DNA of 64,000 nucleotides from the human T2T-CHM13v2.0 reference genome, Homo sapiens (GCF_009914755.1 NC_060934.1); one strand, 5' to 3'; shown: positions 13,721 through 29,855, counted from the first letter of the stretch. Made by a program: numbers and translations. Notes: generated from the sequence alone by a model not told the origin.

Positions 13721-14416
13721 GGGACTGAAATCAGGCCGCAGTCTCGTGGCCCGAGGCCTCACACGTGCTGCCCTGATGTATGGGATTCCAGGGTGGGTAC
13801 ATCTAGGAGGAAGCCTGGGGTCACAGTGGCTCACAAGCCGTATGGGGATGGGCGGAGTAGGGCGTGTGGGGCTGTGGAGTTCAAGCGTGTGGGGATGGGC
13901 TGAGTGGGGCGTGTGTGGCTGTGGAGTTCATTGCAGGACCCGGCTTGGAAGGACCAGGGCCGTTTCGTGTTGGGCCCTGGTTGCTCCGGGGTTTTGCTCA
14001 GTGAGGTAGGAGAAGGGGCCTGGGAAGAAGTTGCCGTCCTCTGTGGCGGGAGAAGGGGAGGCTTCTGGCTGTTCAGGGGAGCTGTAGACCCGTTACTGCC
14101 ATGGCCCTCGAGCACACCCCGTGGTGAGGCTCTGGGACAGGGCCTGTGTGGGGTGTGGGGAGTGCCGGGCTGTGGGGCCTCCTTGGAAGAGGCAACCCCA
14201 ACACAGACGCCAGTGGGGAAGCGGCTCCACAGCTTCCTTGCCAGACCCTCAGGCCACACGGCCACCTGGACGCACTGTCCCACAGCACAGGCGGGCAGGG
14301 GGTGCCCAGACCCAGTAAACCCCTTTGGCCAAGGCCGGCGCTGGGATTCCAGCCCAAGTGATGTGGCTTGGTGCTCATAGGAGAGGAGAGAAGGGAAGGT
14401 GGTGCCCAGTGTAGGC

Positions 14417-14870
14417 CCGCACCTGAGCCCAGGACACCGCACCTGTGCCCGGGACACCGCACCTGAGCCCGGGACACCGCGCCTGAGCCAGGGACACCGC
14501 GCCTGAGCCCGGGACACCTCGCCTGAGCCCGGGACACCGCGCCTGAGCCCGGGACACCGCGCCTGTGCCCGGGACACCTCGCCTGAGCCCGGGACACCGC
14601 GCCTGAGCCCGGGACACCGCGCCTGTGCCCGGGACACCTCGCCTGAGCCCGGGACACCGCGCCTGAGCCCGGGACACCGCGCCTGTGCCCGGGACACCTC
14701 GCCTGAGCCCGGGACACCGCGCCTGAGCCCGGGACACCGCGCCTGAGCCAGGGAAACCTCACCTGAGCCCGGGACACCGCGCCTGTGCCCGGGACACCGC
14801 GCCTGAGCCCGGGACACCGCGCCTGAGCCAGGGAAACCTCACCTGAGCCTGGGACACCTCGCCTGAGCCT
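14417..14870. repeat. CpG-rich minisatellite, 20-bp unit (GCCTGAGCCCGGGACACCGC), ~22 copies, with a 60-bp higher-order trimer
   Basis: Lines 14521, 14581 and 14641 are identical 60-mers. Confidence 0.97.
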
Positions 14871-14872
14871 GG

Positions 14873-15010
14873 TGTATTAGTGTGTTTTTATGCTGCTATA
14901 AAAAACTGCCCAAGACTGGGTAATGTATAAAGAAAAGAGGCTTAACTGACTCACGGTTCTGTGTGGCTGGGGAGGCCTCAGGAAACTCACAGTCACGGTG
15001 GCAGAGGGGA
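14873..15010 (-). mobile_element. MaLR LTR fragment (THE1/MSTA-like)
   Basis: TGTATTAG...CTGCTATAAA...GACTGGGTAAT.TATAAAGAAAAGAGG...GGCTGGGGAGGCCTCAGGAAAC matches the MaLR LTR end as recalled. Confidence 0.8.
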
Positions 15011-15375
15011 CTCCTCTGGGTGGCTCAAGGGCCATCTGGGGGAGTTGGCTGGAAACTGGAGGGGCCCCTCTCCCTGGACTGCCCAGCCCTGGCCAGCCTG
15101 TGGGGTGTGCAGTGAGGTGCTGACTGATTGAGAGGCACACACTCCCCAGAGCCCTGTTTGGAGGTGCCCGTCTTCCACCTGGGTGGGCCACAGGCTCGGG
15201 ACACAGAGCCTGGCCTTGCAATGTCACACACCCCCGCGGCACCTGGCCTTCCTGGGGCATTGAGGGGCAAGTGACTCGGGACCGGCTGCAGGGCCTGGGT
15301 GGGGCCCCAGCTTTCCCCCAGCCTCTGGCCTTGGGGCCCCCAGCACAGGGCCAGCCAGGCTGAGGTTGTACTTCG

Positions 15376-16689
15376 TGTCTGGAATTGGTGGGTTCTTGGT
15401 CTCACTGACTTCAAGAATGAAGCCGCGGACCCTCGCGGTGAGTGTTACAGCTCTTAAGGCGGCGTGTCCGGAGTTTGTCCCTTCTGATGTTCAGATGTGT
15501 TCGGAGTTTCTTCCTCCCGGTGGGTTCGTGGTCTCGCTGGCTCAGGAGTGAAGCTGCAGATCTTCGCGGTGAGTGTTACAGCTCATAAAGGCAGTGTGGA
15601 TCCAGAGAGTGAGCAGTAGCAAGATTTATTGCAAAGAGCGAAAGAACAAAGCTTCCACAGTGTGGAAGGGGACCCGAGTGGGTTGCCACTGCTGGCTCGG
15701 GCAGCTTGCTTTTATTCTCTTATCTGGCCCCACCCACGTCCTGCTGATTGGTAGAGCCTAATGGTCTGTTTTGACAGGGCACTGATTGGTGTGTTTACAA
15801 TCCCTGAGCTAGACACAAAGGTTCTGCACGTCCCCACCAGATTAGCTAGATACAGAGTGTGGACACAAATGTTCTCCAAGGCCCCACCAGAGTAGCTAGA
15901 TACAGAGTGTCCATTGGTGCACTCACAACCCTGAGCTAGACACAGGGTGTTGATTGGTGTGTTTATAAACCTAGCTAGATACAGAGTGCCAATTGGTGTA
16001 TTTACAATCCCTGAGCTAGACATAAAGGTTCTCCACGTCCCCACCAGACTCAGGAGCCCAGCTGGCTTCACACGGTGGATCCCGCACTGGGGCTGCAGGT
16101 GGAGCTGCCTGCCAGTCCCGCGCTGTGCGCCCGCACTCCTCAGCCCTTGGGTGGTCGATGGGACTGGGCGCCCTGGAGCAGGGGGCGGAGCTCGTCGGGG
16201 AGGCTCCGGCCGCACAGGAGCCCACGGAGCGGGTGGGAGGCTCAGGCATGGCGGGCTGCAGGTTCCGAGCCCTGCCCCTCGGGAAGGCAGCTAAGGCCCA
16301 GCGAGAAATCGAGTGCAGCGCCGGTGGGTGGGCACTGCTGGGGGACCCAGTACACCCTCCGCAGCTGCTGGCCCGGGTGCTAAGCCCCTCATTGCACAGG
16401 GCCGGCCGGCTGCTCGGAGTGCGGGGCCCGCCAAGCCCACGCCCACCCGGAAATCCAGCTGGCCCGCAAGCGCCACGCGCAGCCCCGGTTCCCGCTGGCG
16501 CCTCTCCCTCCACACCTCCCTACAAGCTGAGGGAGTCGGCTCTGGCCTTGGCCAGCCCAGAAAGGGGCTCCCACAGTGCAGCGGTGGGCTGAAGGGCTCC
16601 TCCAGTGCCGCCAAAGTGGGAGCCCAGGCAGAGCAGGCGCCGAGAGCGAGCGAGGGCTGTGAGGACTGCCAGCACGCTGTCACCTCTCA
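15376..16689 (-). mobile_element. Solo LTR12C-type (ERV9) LTR, 1314 bp, with 4-bp TSD TTCG
   Basis: Minus strand begins TGAGAGGTGACAGCGTGCTGGCAGTCC and ends ACCAAGAACCCACCAATTCCAGACA; tandem ~40-bp CCAAT/CTAGCT repeats at 15740-16030; TTCG at 15372-15375 and 16690-16693. Confidence 0.95.
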
Positions 16690-17299
16690 TTCGGACATCA
16701 GAGACCCTGGACTTGGGGTAGCTGTGCAGGCCCCACGTGGCAGGTGGCTGGGGCTCTCCGAGGTGGGGGCGGGGACATCTGAGATGGGGGTGGGGACGTC
16801 TCTCCACCATGGGGATGCAGACACCCCTGCCGGGTTCTTCTTTCCACATTCATGGCTCTGCTATGGCTGGGCCCTTCAGCCTCCCCAGGGAAGCTGTGTA
16901 ACCAGAACAGAACCCGTGTTTCCTCTTGCTGGGCCATCCCCTCTGCAGCCTTGCTCACGTGGGCTGGTCCTCTGTCCACAGTCCTCCTCGTTCCTCTCCC
17001 CACCGCCTGGCCTCTTGCCTGGGTTGGAATTCCTCGATGAGCAGGACAGAGCAGCCTTGGGAACCACACCTGTCAACCCTGGAAGTGATTATGGGACCAT
17101 AGCAGCCTGGGGCAGCAGGCCCAGGCCCCACCCTCGAAGCCCATGCAGACCTGCTCTCAAGGACTCTGCCTTGGAGGGGGAAACACGACTCTGGGACCCC
17201 TGCCCCCATGCGTGGTCCATATGGTCCTATGGTCCCACCGCGTCCACGGGATCAGGTTCTCTGGTGAGAACTAAACCAGGGGCAATGCTGTTGCTCGCT

Positions 17300-17575
17300 C
17301 ATGTTTATGGAGTCCAAGGCGAGCTAGTCAGGACAGGAAGCTTCTGACCCCAAGAGCACTGAGGACCCAGGCTCCTCGCAACTGTGGCTGTGCCATCCTC
17401 AACATGTAGATTTCACCTCATAGCACATTATGGCTGCCAAGCTCCAGCCATCAAATTCCATCCCATCCTGCAGACAGGAAGGAAAAAGAGCAAGCCTTTC
17501 CTTTTATGGAGGTGTCTTGAACCAGAACTTAGTCAAATGGCCACACGTGTTGCAAGGGAGGCTGGCTGTGCACCT
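17300..17575. mobile_element. Degraded MLT1-type LTR fragment
   Basis: CTTAGTCAAATGGCCACAC...TGCAAGGGAGGCTGG and AGGACCCAGGCTCCT resemble MLT1 motifs from memory. Confidence 0.5.
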
Positions 17576-17597
17576 GGCCAGGAATGGGGGGTCTATT

Positions 17598-17886
<289 letters not shown>

Positions 17887-18217
17887 ATTTCTAAGGGACA
17901 CTGGGAGGCTGGCCGCACACCCGGCCAGGAATTGGGGGTCTGTTACTAAGGGACCCTGGTTCTCTGACTCCCTCCCATTTCTTCAGTCAGCAAGAACGGG
18001 GCCCAGGGAGAGAGGCACAGGATTCTGGGAAGTCTCAGGCCCTGTCCCTGCAGGGCTGGGGCTCAGCGATGCGGAGAAGGGAGGGGAGCGACCCCTACAG
18101 CCCAAAGAGCAAAGCTACTTGTGATGGGACCGCTGCCCTCCCTTCTGAGTGAGTCCTGTGGTCTCAAGCCCCGGGGCTCTTCCTCTCCTAGGGCCTGATA
18201 TTGGTTGGGGGGGGGGG

Positions 18218-18322
18218 CTGCCTCACCCCATTGTAGGTCAGCCGGTATTTAGGAGCTGCCTCACCCCATCGTGGGTATTTAGGAGCTGCCTCACCCCGTC
18301 GTGGGTCAGCCGGTATTTAGGG
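18218..18322. repeat. Short tandem repeat, ~3 copies of GCTGCCTCACCCC...GTATTTAGGA
   Basis: Visible 30-40-bp imperfect units. Confidence 0.75.
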
Positions 18323-19277
18323 GCCGAGGTCTCCAAGCTCCTCAAAGGTGGCAAGACATTCTGGGGCTGGGATTCCCAGAAAAAACCCTTCTCAAGCCCC
18401 TTGAAAGGCCCCCAGGACAGCCCTGAGTCCAGCCTTCTGTCCTGAGGGTTGTGGGGTGCAGGCTCCGCGGGGGCTCCAGCTGCAGCTCCACAGGGGTTGG
18501 TTCTAGGCCTCAAGAGCCTCCTTCCAAAGACGAGGTCTCCTGGGGTCAGGGGTTATAGGGACCCCCCCTGGTCTCTGCCCAGGCTGTTGAGCACCCCAAG
18601 TCCCTCCAGCACCCCAACCCTAGCCAGGCTGGACTCAGGGCAGGGCCAGAAAGACAGGCAGGTCTGCAGCAGGCGGAGCTCAGCTGCGTCCCCATTATCT
18701 TAACGCATCTCTTGCCTCTTGTCACAAAGAATTAAAATCCGTAATAAGAACATTTAAGAGCTCTTCATAATTGTGTGGCCATTAGCCGACTGCACGGGGT
18801 GTCAATCTAGCCATCTCGCTCCGGTCCCAATGAATTGTGATAAAAATGTCAAACAATTAGATTATCTTGGCCACTAGCACGGTGATGAGTAGCCAGGCGT
18901 GTCCCTCGAGTCACCCTAACAGCGGGAGCTGCTCCGCGCCATGCTAAAGCCACTCCAGGACAGCAGGACGGGCCGATGGGGGTCAGCGTGTCGGCCCAGC
19001 ATGCGGGGTCATCCCAGGAACCCACGTCCCAGCCCCTTGGAGCCCAGCTGGAGAGACTGTGGGGCCAGAGGGAGGTGTGGGAGAGGGGCAGGGGAGGGTA
19101 ACCCCTGGGAACAGGACAGAGGTGGGGGATCCAGGCCCCTCGGAGGGTGCAGAGCCCTGAGCTCAGCAAGGAGGGGCAGGGAGCTCCCAGGGCCCAGCCC
19201 TGTGCTTGGGAAAGGAGCCGGGAGGGGGATGGGCAACTGAGCGGCCCCAGGGCCTCAGGTCCACCCCCTTGGCCGGG

Positions 19278-19535
19278 TCCCCTCGGCCCCGTCCCCATGG
19301 CCCCGTCCCCTCGGCCCCATCCCCTCGGCCCTGTCCCCACGTCCCTGTCCCCTCGGCCCTGTCCCCACGGCCCTGTCCCCACGTCCCTGTCCCCTCGGCC
19401 CCATCCCCTCGGCCCTGTCCCCACGGCCCTGTCCCCTCGGCCCTGTCCCCACGTCCCTGTCCCCACGTCCCTGTCCCCTCGGCCCTGTCCCCACGGCCCT
19501 GTCCCCTCGGCCCTGTCCCCTCGGCCCTGTCCCCT
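19278..19535. repeat. 14-bp C-rich minisatellite (CCCTGTCCCCTCGG / CCCTGTCCCCACGT); the G-rich strand is G-quadruplex-prone
   Basis: Visible tandem array, ~18 units. Confidence 0.93.
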
Positions 19536-21759
19536 CACAGGGCTCTCGCTCCACTTGCCCTTCCCAGGAACCACGGCTGCCTTTTTTTCTTACGGGTGAA
19601 GACGTATTGGAAATTGATTTCTGTGTTGGAAATGGGATAATTAAACTGGTTGTTTCCATCTTCATCATTGTCATCATAAAACGAGGACAGCCGGGTGAGG
19701 CTGGCGTGAGGTGACACCCACGTCTCGCGCAAGGGGGCATTAATTGAATACGAATGGCCTCTCCTGAAGTTGCTGAGTTATATTTCAGAGATATGGGATA
19801 ATGATGCCATTTAATCATTTTTACAAGATATAAAATTACTGGCTCCTCTGGGAAGATCATTAAGGAAAACAATTGTTCACAGCAATTGGAGATAGAGTTT
19901 TAATTATTTAACACAGAAATTAAACTATTAGAGAGACCAGTGTTGGATGAGGCAACTTACTAGAAATTTATATACAAGCGTCTGTGAACATTTTAGTTTT
20001 ATTAACCCGCCTAATTCCTTCATCCAAATCCGTCTGAAAGGCCTCTTGGCTGTGCCTGTGAGTGGCGGCCCAGAGCCCCTGTGTTTCCAGAGAGGACGGC
20101 CAGGGCGTGGCTCAAGGGACATCCCGAGGGTACCCAGGCCGGGCCCTCAGGCTGCAGGGGAGGGGCTGAGCTGCCAAAGAAGGGAGAGGCGGGGGCGGGG
20201 TAGGGGCCTACAGGGGCTGCGAGGTGCACCTGGGGATTACAAGAGGGACGACTGCAGGGTGCTGGCCACGCCCTTTGACCTTCCCACAGCCTTTTGGGTG
20301 GGAACTTTGGGGACCTACCTTCCAGGCCACATGTGTGTGACCCCAGTGAGTATGGGACGGGGGGCATTGGCTGTGCCCAGGCCCCCCCAGCCCACTCTGC
20401 TGTGGCCCAGACCTGATGGGGCCCTGTCGCCCCACCCTGTCCAGAGAGGCCACCTCCACCGGTGCAGTGAGGGGCTGAGGCTGCGTTCCAGAGCCCGGGC
20501 TGCCGGGAACTCACACTCTTTAGAGGGTCCTTGCCAGGTGCCTGTCGCAGGGTAAGGGGAGCTTTAAACGGGACTTGGACGTGACCACCTCCAAATGGGG
20601 AAGCTGGGAAAGTTACTGGAGACACAGCACGAGCTTCGCCATGCAGGAACGGAGGCTGATGGGAGCCAGAAAGGATCCCTAAACATTGCCGTCTGGTGTG
20701 GCTTCCTAAAAACCCTCATTCTAAATGTGTAAAAATTTTCAATCTGTAAACTAATAAATGGACATTTTTAGATGGTGGAAGAACTGAGGGCACCAGATTG
20801 GACAGCTTGTTGGGGGTGCCCCTCCACCACCTGGGACCCGAGCAGGACGAGGCCTCGTGGGAGGGAAGCGCCGGGGCTGGAGGGAAGTCACCTCCCCCAG
20901 CACGCAGTCAGGAAGCTGGGGGGCAGCCCCCAGCCGGGGCACAGCAAGCCTCACCTCATGCTCCCCCGAAGGCCCAGGCCAGGTTTCCAGCTGCTTTCTG
21001 GGGAGAAGACGGGGCTGCTGAGTGTGTGGCCTGGGGCTTGGGCTGACCCTGTCACTACCCAAGCGGGGACAGCAGTGCAGGAGCGTCCCTGCCTCCCCTG
21101 GTCCCAGGGGCCCTCTGACATCCGAGAGGCCCGGGCTGGGGACCCGCTGGCCGGGGGAGCGTCTCCTGGAAGTCCCGGCCCCCACCGACCTGCATGGTTT
21201 CTGCGCTCGGGACTTGCAGGCTGAGGGCCAAGCACCGCGAGACCACCCTCTGTCCCCCATTATCTCCAATAAATTCCAAGGCATCTGCTCTTGCCTTATA
21301 GTTTTTAGGGTTACATAAATTTCACCTATGCAATTTTTTTATGCTTGAATATATTACAGAATGCCACTTCTGTTATGGAAGCTAATTGATAATGTGATTT
21401 GTTATGTTGCCGGGACATAATTCAGAAAGTTATTTTAAAGCCTGTGATGCATGGAACGGCACTCACCGTTTAATATTTCTCACATGTGTGGACACAGCGT
21501 AGGGTAAAAAATGTGGTGCTGTGTGGATGAAATATTTCCAGAAGCTTTTATTCTTGTTGTTTGGGTGAGCGCCAGCGGCTCCATAGAAGGAAGCCCATAT
21601 TTCCAGCGCAGCTCTGATTTGAATTTATTTCCTGGTCATTAGTTAGCTTTTTTTTTTTCCTAAACTGAAATAAGCATGTGTATATATTTGAAAAAAGAAA
21701 AATCAAACAAAAGAGGGGAATCACACATAACCTTTCAATATTATCAAAGATGTGCATTT

Positions 21760-22752
<993 letters not shown>

Positions 22753-23650
22753 ATAGACCTATTTTGGACAATTTTGGGGCCACCTGTCCTGACCCAGCTG
22801 TCTGGGCTCTCGTCGGCCTGGCGTCAGTGCCCGGCAGGAGTTGGGTGGGTGCCGAGCCGGGCGAGTGGGCTCCATGGGTGCAGCGTGGCGGGAACGCCTT
22901 CGGCAGACCCTTCCCTCCCTCACGGAGGGGATTCTGAGGTTGCACAGGCAGCCTTGACCTCACGTGGCTCCCGCACTGAGCTTCTGTAGGCCACGCGGGA
23001 GGGGCTGCCCTCCGGCCTTCCCATGGCGAGTCCCAGGCTGAAGAAACAGCCCCACGCGGCCCCACGTGGAGGGCGGGCAGGAGCGCTGGCGGGAACACGC
23101 GAGGCTCACGCTCTGGCCCTTTGGGGCCGTCCTGGGACTTCCCCTGTTCCTGGCCAGAGCCCGTGTGTATGGCTGGAGGGTGCGTCCCCAGAAGGCTCTG
23201 CAGGCCCCATGGTCCTCCCGTGGTCCTCCCATGGACCAATACGCCCTTTGACCCCCCCCCCCAGCCCCCACTCATCCGGCCGAGTTGGGAGAGACATATC
23301 CAGAAGGTCAGAAAGGCCATCTGGAAGGCACGTCTCTTCCCCAAGGAGCCGCTGGATGCAGCAGCCCACCAGGAGTGTTCAAGGAAGAAAAGCATCACTT
23401 CACGAGAAGCTCCACGTGGTGCTTGCCGGCACAGACTCCACCACCCATGATTCTCCTTATTCTGGAAGGTTCCTTCTGAGGGGCCCTGCACGTGTGCAGG
23501 GTACGTGGCCTGTGCCAGTGTGAGCCCCACCCCCATCCCCACTCTGGAAAGCTGCTGGGTTCAGGGGGCGCATTTCTTGCGGGCCAGGAGCCCCCCACCC
23601 AGAGCCTCGAGTCACGGAAACCACTCACAGAGACTGGCTTTTGTTGTTTG

Positions 23651-23656
23651 TTTAGT
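23651..23656 (-). terminator. CFAP46: Variant poly(A) signal ACTAAA for CFAP46
   Basis: tttagt on plus strand, followed on the minus strand by CAAACAACAAAA and a TG/CT-rich downstream element. Confidence 0.55.
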
Positions 23657-23663
23657 GGAACAC

Positions 23664-24545
<882 letters not shown>

Positions 24546-25650
24546 TCATCGCTGAGCAGCAGCAGCGGGACAGCCAGCCTGGCTCTGCCCTTCCCCGATT
24601 CCCCAGCAGGGCATCGTGTGGGCCCCACACTGGCCACATCACGGCGGCATCCGTGTCTGTGCCCTGCTCTGCATTTGCAGGGATGAGTGTGGGTTCCGTC
24701 TGCCTTCCTCCTGCCCCTCGCTCCCTCTCTCCCCCAACAAGCAGGGATCCTTGGGACCGGTATCCCCGGACCGTGGACCACGTGCTCTTTACACGATAAG
24801 CTCCTGGTGAGCGGTGGATACTGAAGGCCTCTGGGGGAAGCCTTCTTAGTCAGGGCAGACCACCCCCTCCGTGCACCGCTGAGCGCCTCAACTCAGGGTC
24901 CCGGGAAGCTCCTCTGTGGCTCCTCCCCGGGGTCCCGGGAAGCTCCTTTCTGGCTCCTCCCGCCTCACCGTGGCAGGAGGGTTTTGCTGACTCTGAAGGA
25001 CGGCTGGGTGGGGTTCCGTCTGTCCGTGTTTGAGAACAGACCATGTCCCGTGCCCCTTCCCGACTTTTCCCCTGTGAGGCCAAGAGAGGGACGGGCGCTG
25101 GATGCCATGTGACAGGCAGGCTGCTCTCCAGGACGCCAATGGGAGACACCCCTCAACCCATGCATTCCTCTTCCGGGAGGCCTCTTCCTGGGCTGGGACT
25201 CCTGGTCATATCAAGGGGCCGTCGGGCACTGTGGTGCAAGCTGTCGGCCCCCTAGGAGTCCTTGCTTGGGGAGGGGGCCAGGCACAGCTGCCACCTGGAT
25301 TTCCCACTGGTTCCCAGACAGCCCCTGGGCTCGTGGGGATTGTGTGACTGGAGCTGTCAACGAGGAACCGTGATGCTTTCCCTCTGGGTTCTGGAGCCAC
25401 GTGGCACTGTGGGCCGTCACTGCCGAGGGTCGCGCCACGGTGGGGGGCTGGGGTGGTACAGAGACGCAGGCAACTTCCAGGCAAGAACAAGCCCTCCCTC
25501 TTTCCGGCTCCTAGTTAACGTCTGGAGTCCCAGGTCCCCCACGGAGAAGCGGAGACACCTGTCCCTGCAGGGCTGTGCAGTGCACGTGCCCCATGGGCAG
25601 TGGCTGCAGAGGGTGCTGAAGGCCGCGGGGTGCAGGCCGCCCCTCCCTTA

Positions 25651-26296
<646 letters not shown>

Positions 26297-27641
26297 TCAG
26301 CAGCCTTGGCCTGACATGGGGAGTGGGGATGGGGTGTGGGCAGGTGGGGCCTGTGCCCCAAGGGCGCAGCAGGGCATGGCACGCTGGCCACTCAGCTCCG
26401 GGCTCCGACCTCATGACCGTCAGGTTTTTTCCAGGGACCCCCTGGCCACAGTGGACCTCGCCAGCCTCAGGAGCCCAGACCCCTTCACAGCCTCCTCCCG
26501 GCGACTGTGCCGGGCAACAGGAAGTGGTGGGAAGCCCACCTGGGCTCCCCCAGCCTCCTCTGCCCTGGAGGGCATCTCGGCACCCCCACCATGCCTGGAC
26601 ACCCTGGCACCCCACATGAATGAGGTGTACGAGGTGGAGCCCTCCCCAAGGACGGAGGGACAGGCTGCTGGGGGGCAGCACTGACTGGGGGCTGATGTGA
26701 GGGGGCCACATGTCCCTGTGTAGTGGAGACATGGCAGGCTCCTGGGATGCAGGGGAGCCCCGGGCACTGGGCATGAGCTGGTCACCCTGGCCTGGGCCCT
26801 CCACGGAAGCAGGGATCGGGGGCCAGGGCAACCCTGGGCGCTGCCCACTTCCACTCGCAGCCTGGCCGTTCCCGCAGACAGGCTGTCCAGCTGCGTGAGG
26901 CCGAGGCTGCTGGGGAGTTGGGGGAGCCCTGGCGAGGCCTCTTCTACTTTACTCACTGCCTCAGTTGGAATTCAACTTTCAAAGAGGCCCATTTCTAACT
27001 CCACCTGGGATGGGCTTCCAGCACCTCTGATGGCCAAGGCCCAGGCTTGCAGAGCAGAGTGGGGGTCCTGCTTGGCCCCACCCAAGTGCAGGCCCTGGGT
27101 GCCAGGTGCCACAGGACAAGTGTCCACACACCTGCTCCGCTCCATCAACAGGGCCCACACCCCTCATGGGGGGCACAGCAACTCCCGAGTCCCTAAAAGA
27201 CTCCTGTCAACCCCACACAGTGGGGCCATCAGCAGCCCCATCAGAGAAGGTCACGGCAAGTGGGCTGGCCCTGCACAGGGGGCGTCCTGGTGGGGCTGCA
27301 GCCACAGGACGTTGAGTCAGAGGGGTGGCCTCGGCACAAGGCTGAGCCACGCCTGCCTCCTGACCGCTCGCCCTGCGGTGTCCGAGTGGCTGCGCCTGCT
27401 GTCTCCGTCAGCACTACCCTTGGGCCGTGGCGTGTGACAGGGTGACGTACCCCTACGTGTGTGCTGTGCTCACGCCACGCCCCCAGCCTGCCCTGCCATC
27501 CCCACCTCCTGCCAAAAGCCCCCCCTGTGCTGGAGCTGGCTGGGGTGTCACTGTGCCAAGCATGGCAGGACCACACCTGGCAGCCCCTCCACGGCTGGTG
27601 GATGGCGAAGGGGAAGGCGAGGTCCCGAGTGCCCACGATTA

Positions 27642-28163
<522 letters not shown>

Positions 28164-28531
28164 TCAACAGTGCCCATGCACCTGTACCAGATCCCACCGT
28201 GCGTTCTTAAAGCAGGCCACATCCTGCGTGGTCCACGCCTGTCCCATTTGTGCATTAAACTGAACTTTCTTTCATGTTCCTAATGCCCACGCCTCCCTCC
28301 TCTGTGCTCTGATCACAGGGGTCACGGCGGAGCCTAGTCAAGGGGACCCACGGTGAGCATGGACTTCTACGCTGGAATGAACACCCCTACTCGGGCGGGG
28401 CTCGCTGCGGGAAACGCTAGGAGGGGCTTTCCCAATGGCCCAGCACCTGGAGGTCAAGGCACCCCCAGTACTCCAGGCATGGGAGACAGTGACCAGACCA
28501 GGGTTCCCTCCTTCCATACAGGATCCCAGCC

Positions 28532-28965
28532 CTGCCCCTGCAGCCCCACCCCTGCACACACCTGCCCCTGCAGTGCCACCCTCTGCACACACCTGCCCCT
28601 GCACACACCTGCCCCTGCAGCCCCACCTCTGCACACACCTGTCCCTGCACACACCTGCCCCTGCAGCCCCACCTCTGCACACACCTGTCCCTGCACACAC
28701 CTGCCCCTGCAGTGCCACCCTCTGCACACACCTGCCCCTGCACACACCTGTCCCTGCACACACCTGCCCCTGCAGCCCCACCCCTGCACACACCTGCCCC
28801 TGCAGCCCCGCCCCTGCACACACCTGCTCCTGCAGCCCCGCCCCTGCACACACCTGCCCCTGCAGCCCCGCCCCTGCACACACCTGCCCCTGCAGCCCCG
28901 CCCCTGCACACACCTGCCCCTGCAGCCCCACCCCTGCACACACCTGCCCCTGCAGCCCCGCCCCT
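28532..28965. repeat. Intronic minisatellite, ~30-bp unit CCTGCCCCTGCAGCCCC(A/G)CCCCTGCACACA with 15-bp sub-units
   Basis: Directly visible tandem array. Confidence 0.95.
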
Positions 28966-29246
28966 GGCGTGGAGCCTGTGACGTGGAACGATCCCTCCCA
29001 CCCGTGGTGCTCTCTCCCTGATTGCTCTGTTCCCTGCTGGCTGCTTCTGGACACCTCTGGACCACGGAACCCCAAGGGCATCTGGGGGGCAGAGTCTGCG
29101 AGTGGTCTCTGGAGGGGCTGCAGTGCTGCTGGTGAAGAGGCAGCCCCTGCTGCTGGACCATGTGCTATCAGTGACCCTGGGGGCCCCAGGTCGCCATCTG
29201 TAAAGCAGGGTAACAGTGCCCCTCGCCCAGTCTCTGTGAGGATTCA

Positions 29247-29534
<288 letters not shown>

Positions 29535-29819
29535 TCATCAGACACGGGTGTGCAGGGCCGGGGTCCCTGGGGAGGGGTCACAGCGAATGCAGGCGCATAT
29601 ATCAGTGCCCTGCCATGCCCTGGTGGGGTGATGGTAGAACCAGGCTAGCCAGAGAGAAAACCTCAACAAATTAAAATATTTACAGCCAAAATGGGGCAAG
29701 CACATATGCAGATTTCGGAGCCTCGAGGAGTGGGGCACCAGTTGCTGCCCACAACTGCAGGACGGCAGGAGGCCCGAGGCTGGCGTGTGCCTGAACAGGG
29801 AGCCCTGTGCAGCACCCAC

Positions 29820-29855
29820 CTGGGCCCTGGGCCTCCTCGTATGGGTCCACGACGA
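29820..29855 (-). CDS. CFAP46: CFAP46 micro-exon (36 nt; FVVDPYEEAQGP)
   Basis: Follows the U12-type acceptor; donor CAG|GTGGGT; phases 1/1. Confidence 0.87.

Noticed and set aside
15712-17347. ORFs within and extending from the LTR12C (167 and 344 aa)
   Set aside because: Typical spurious LTR12 translations; there is no gag/pol/env, as it is a solo LTR with TSD.
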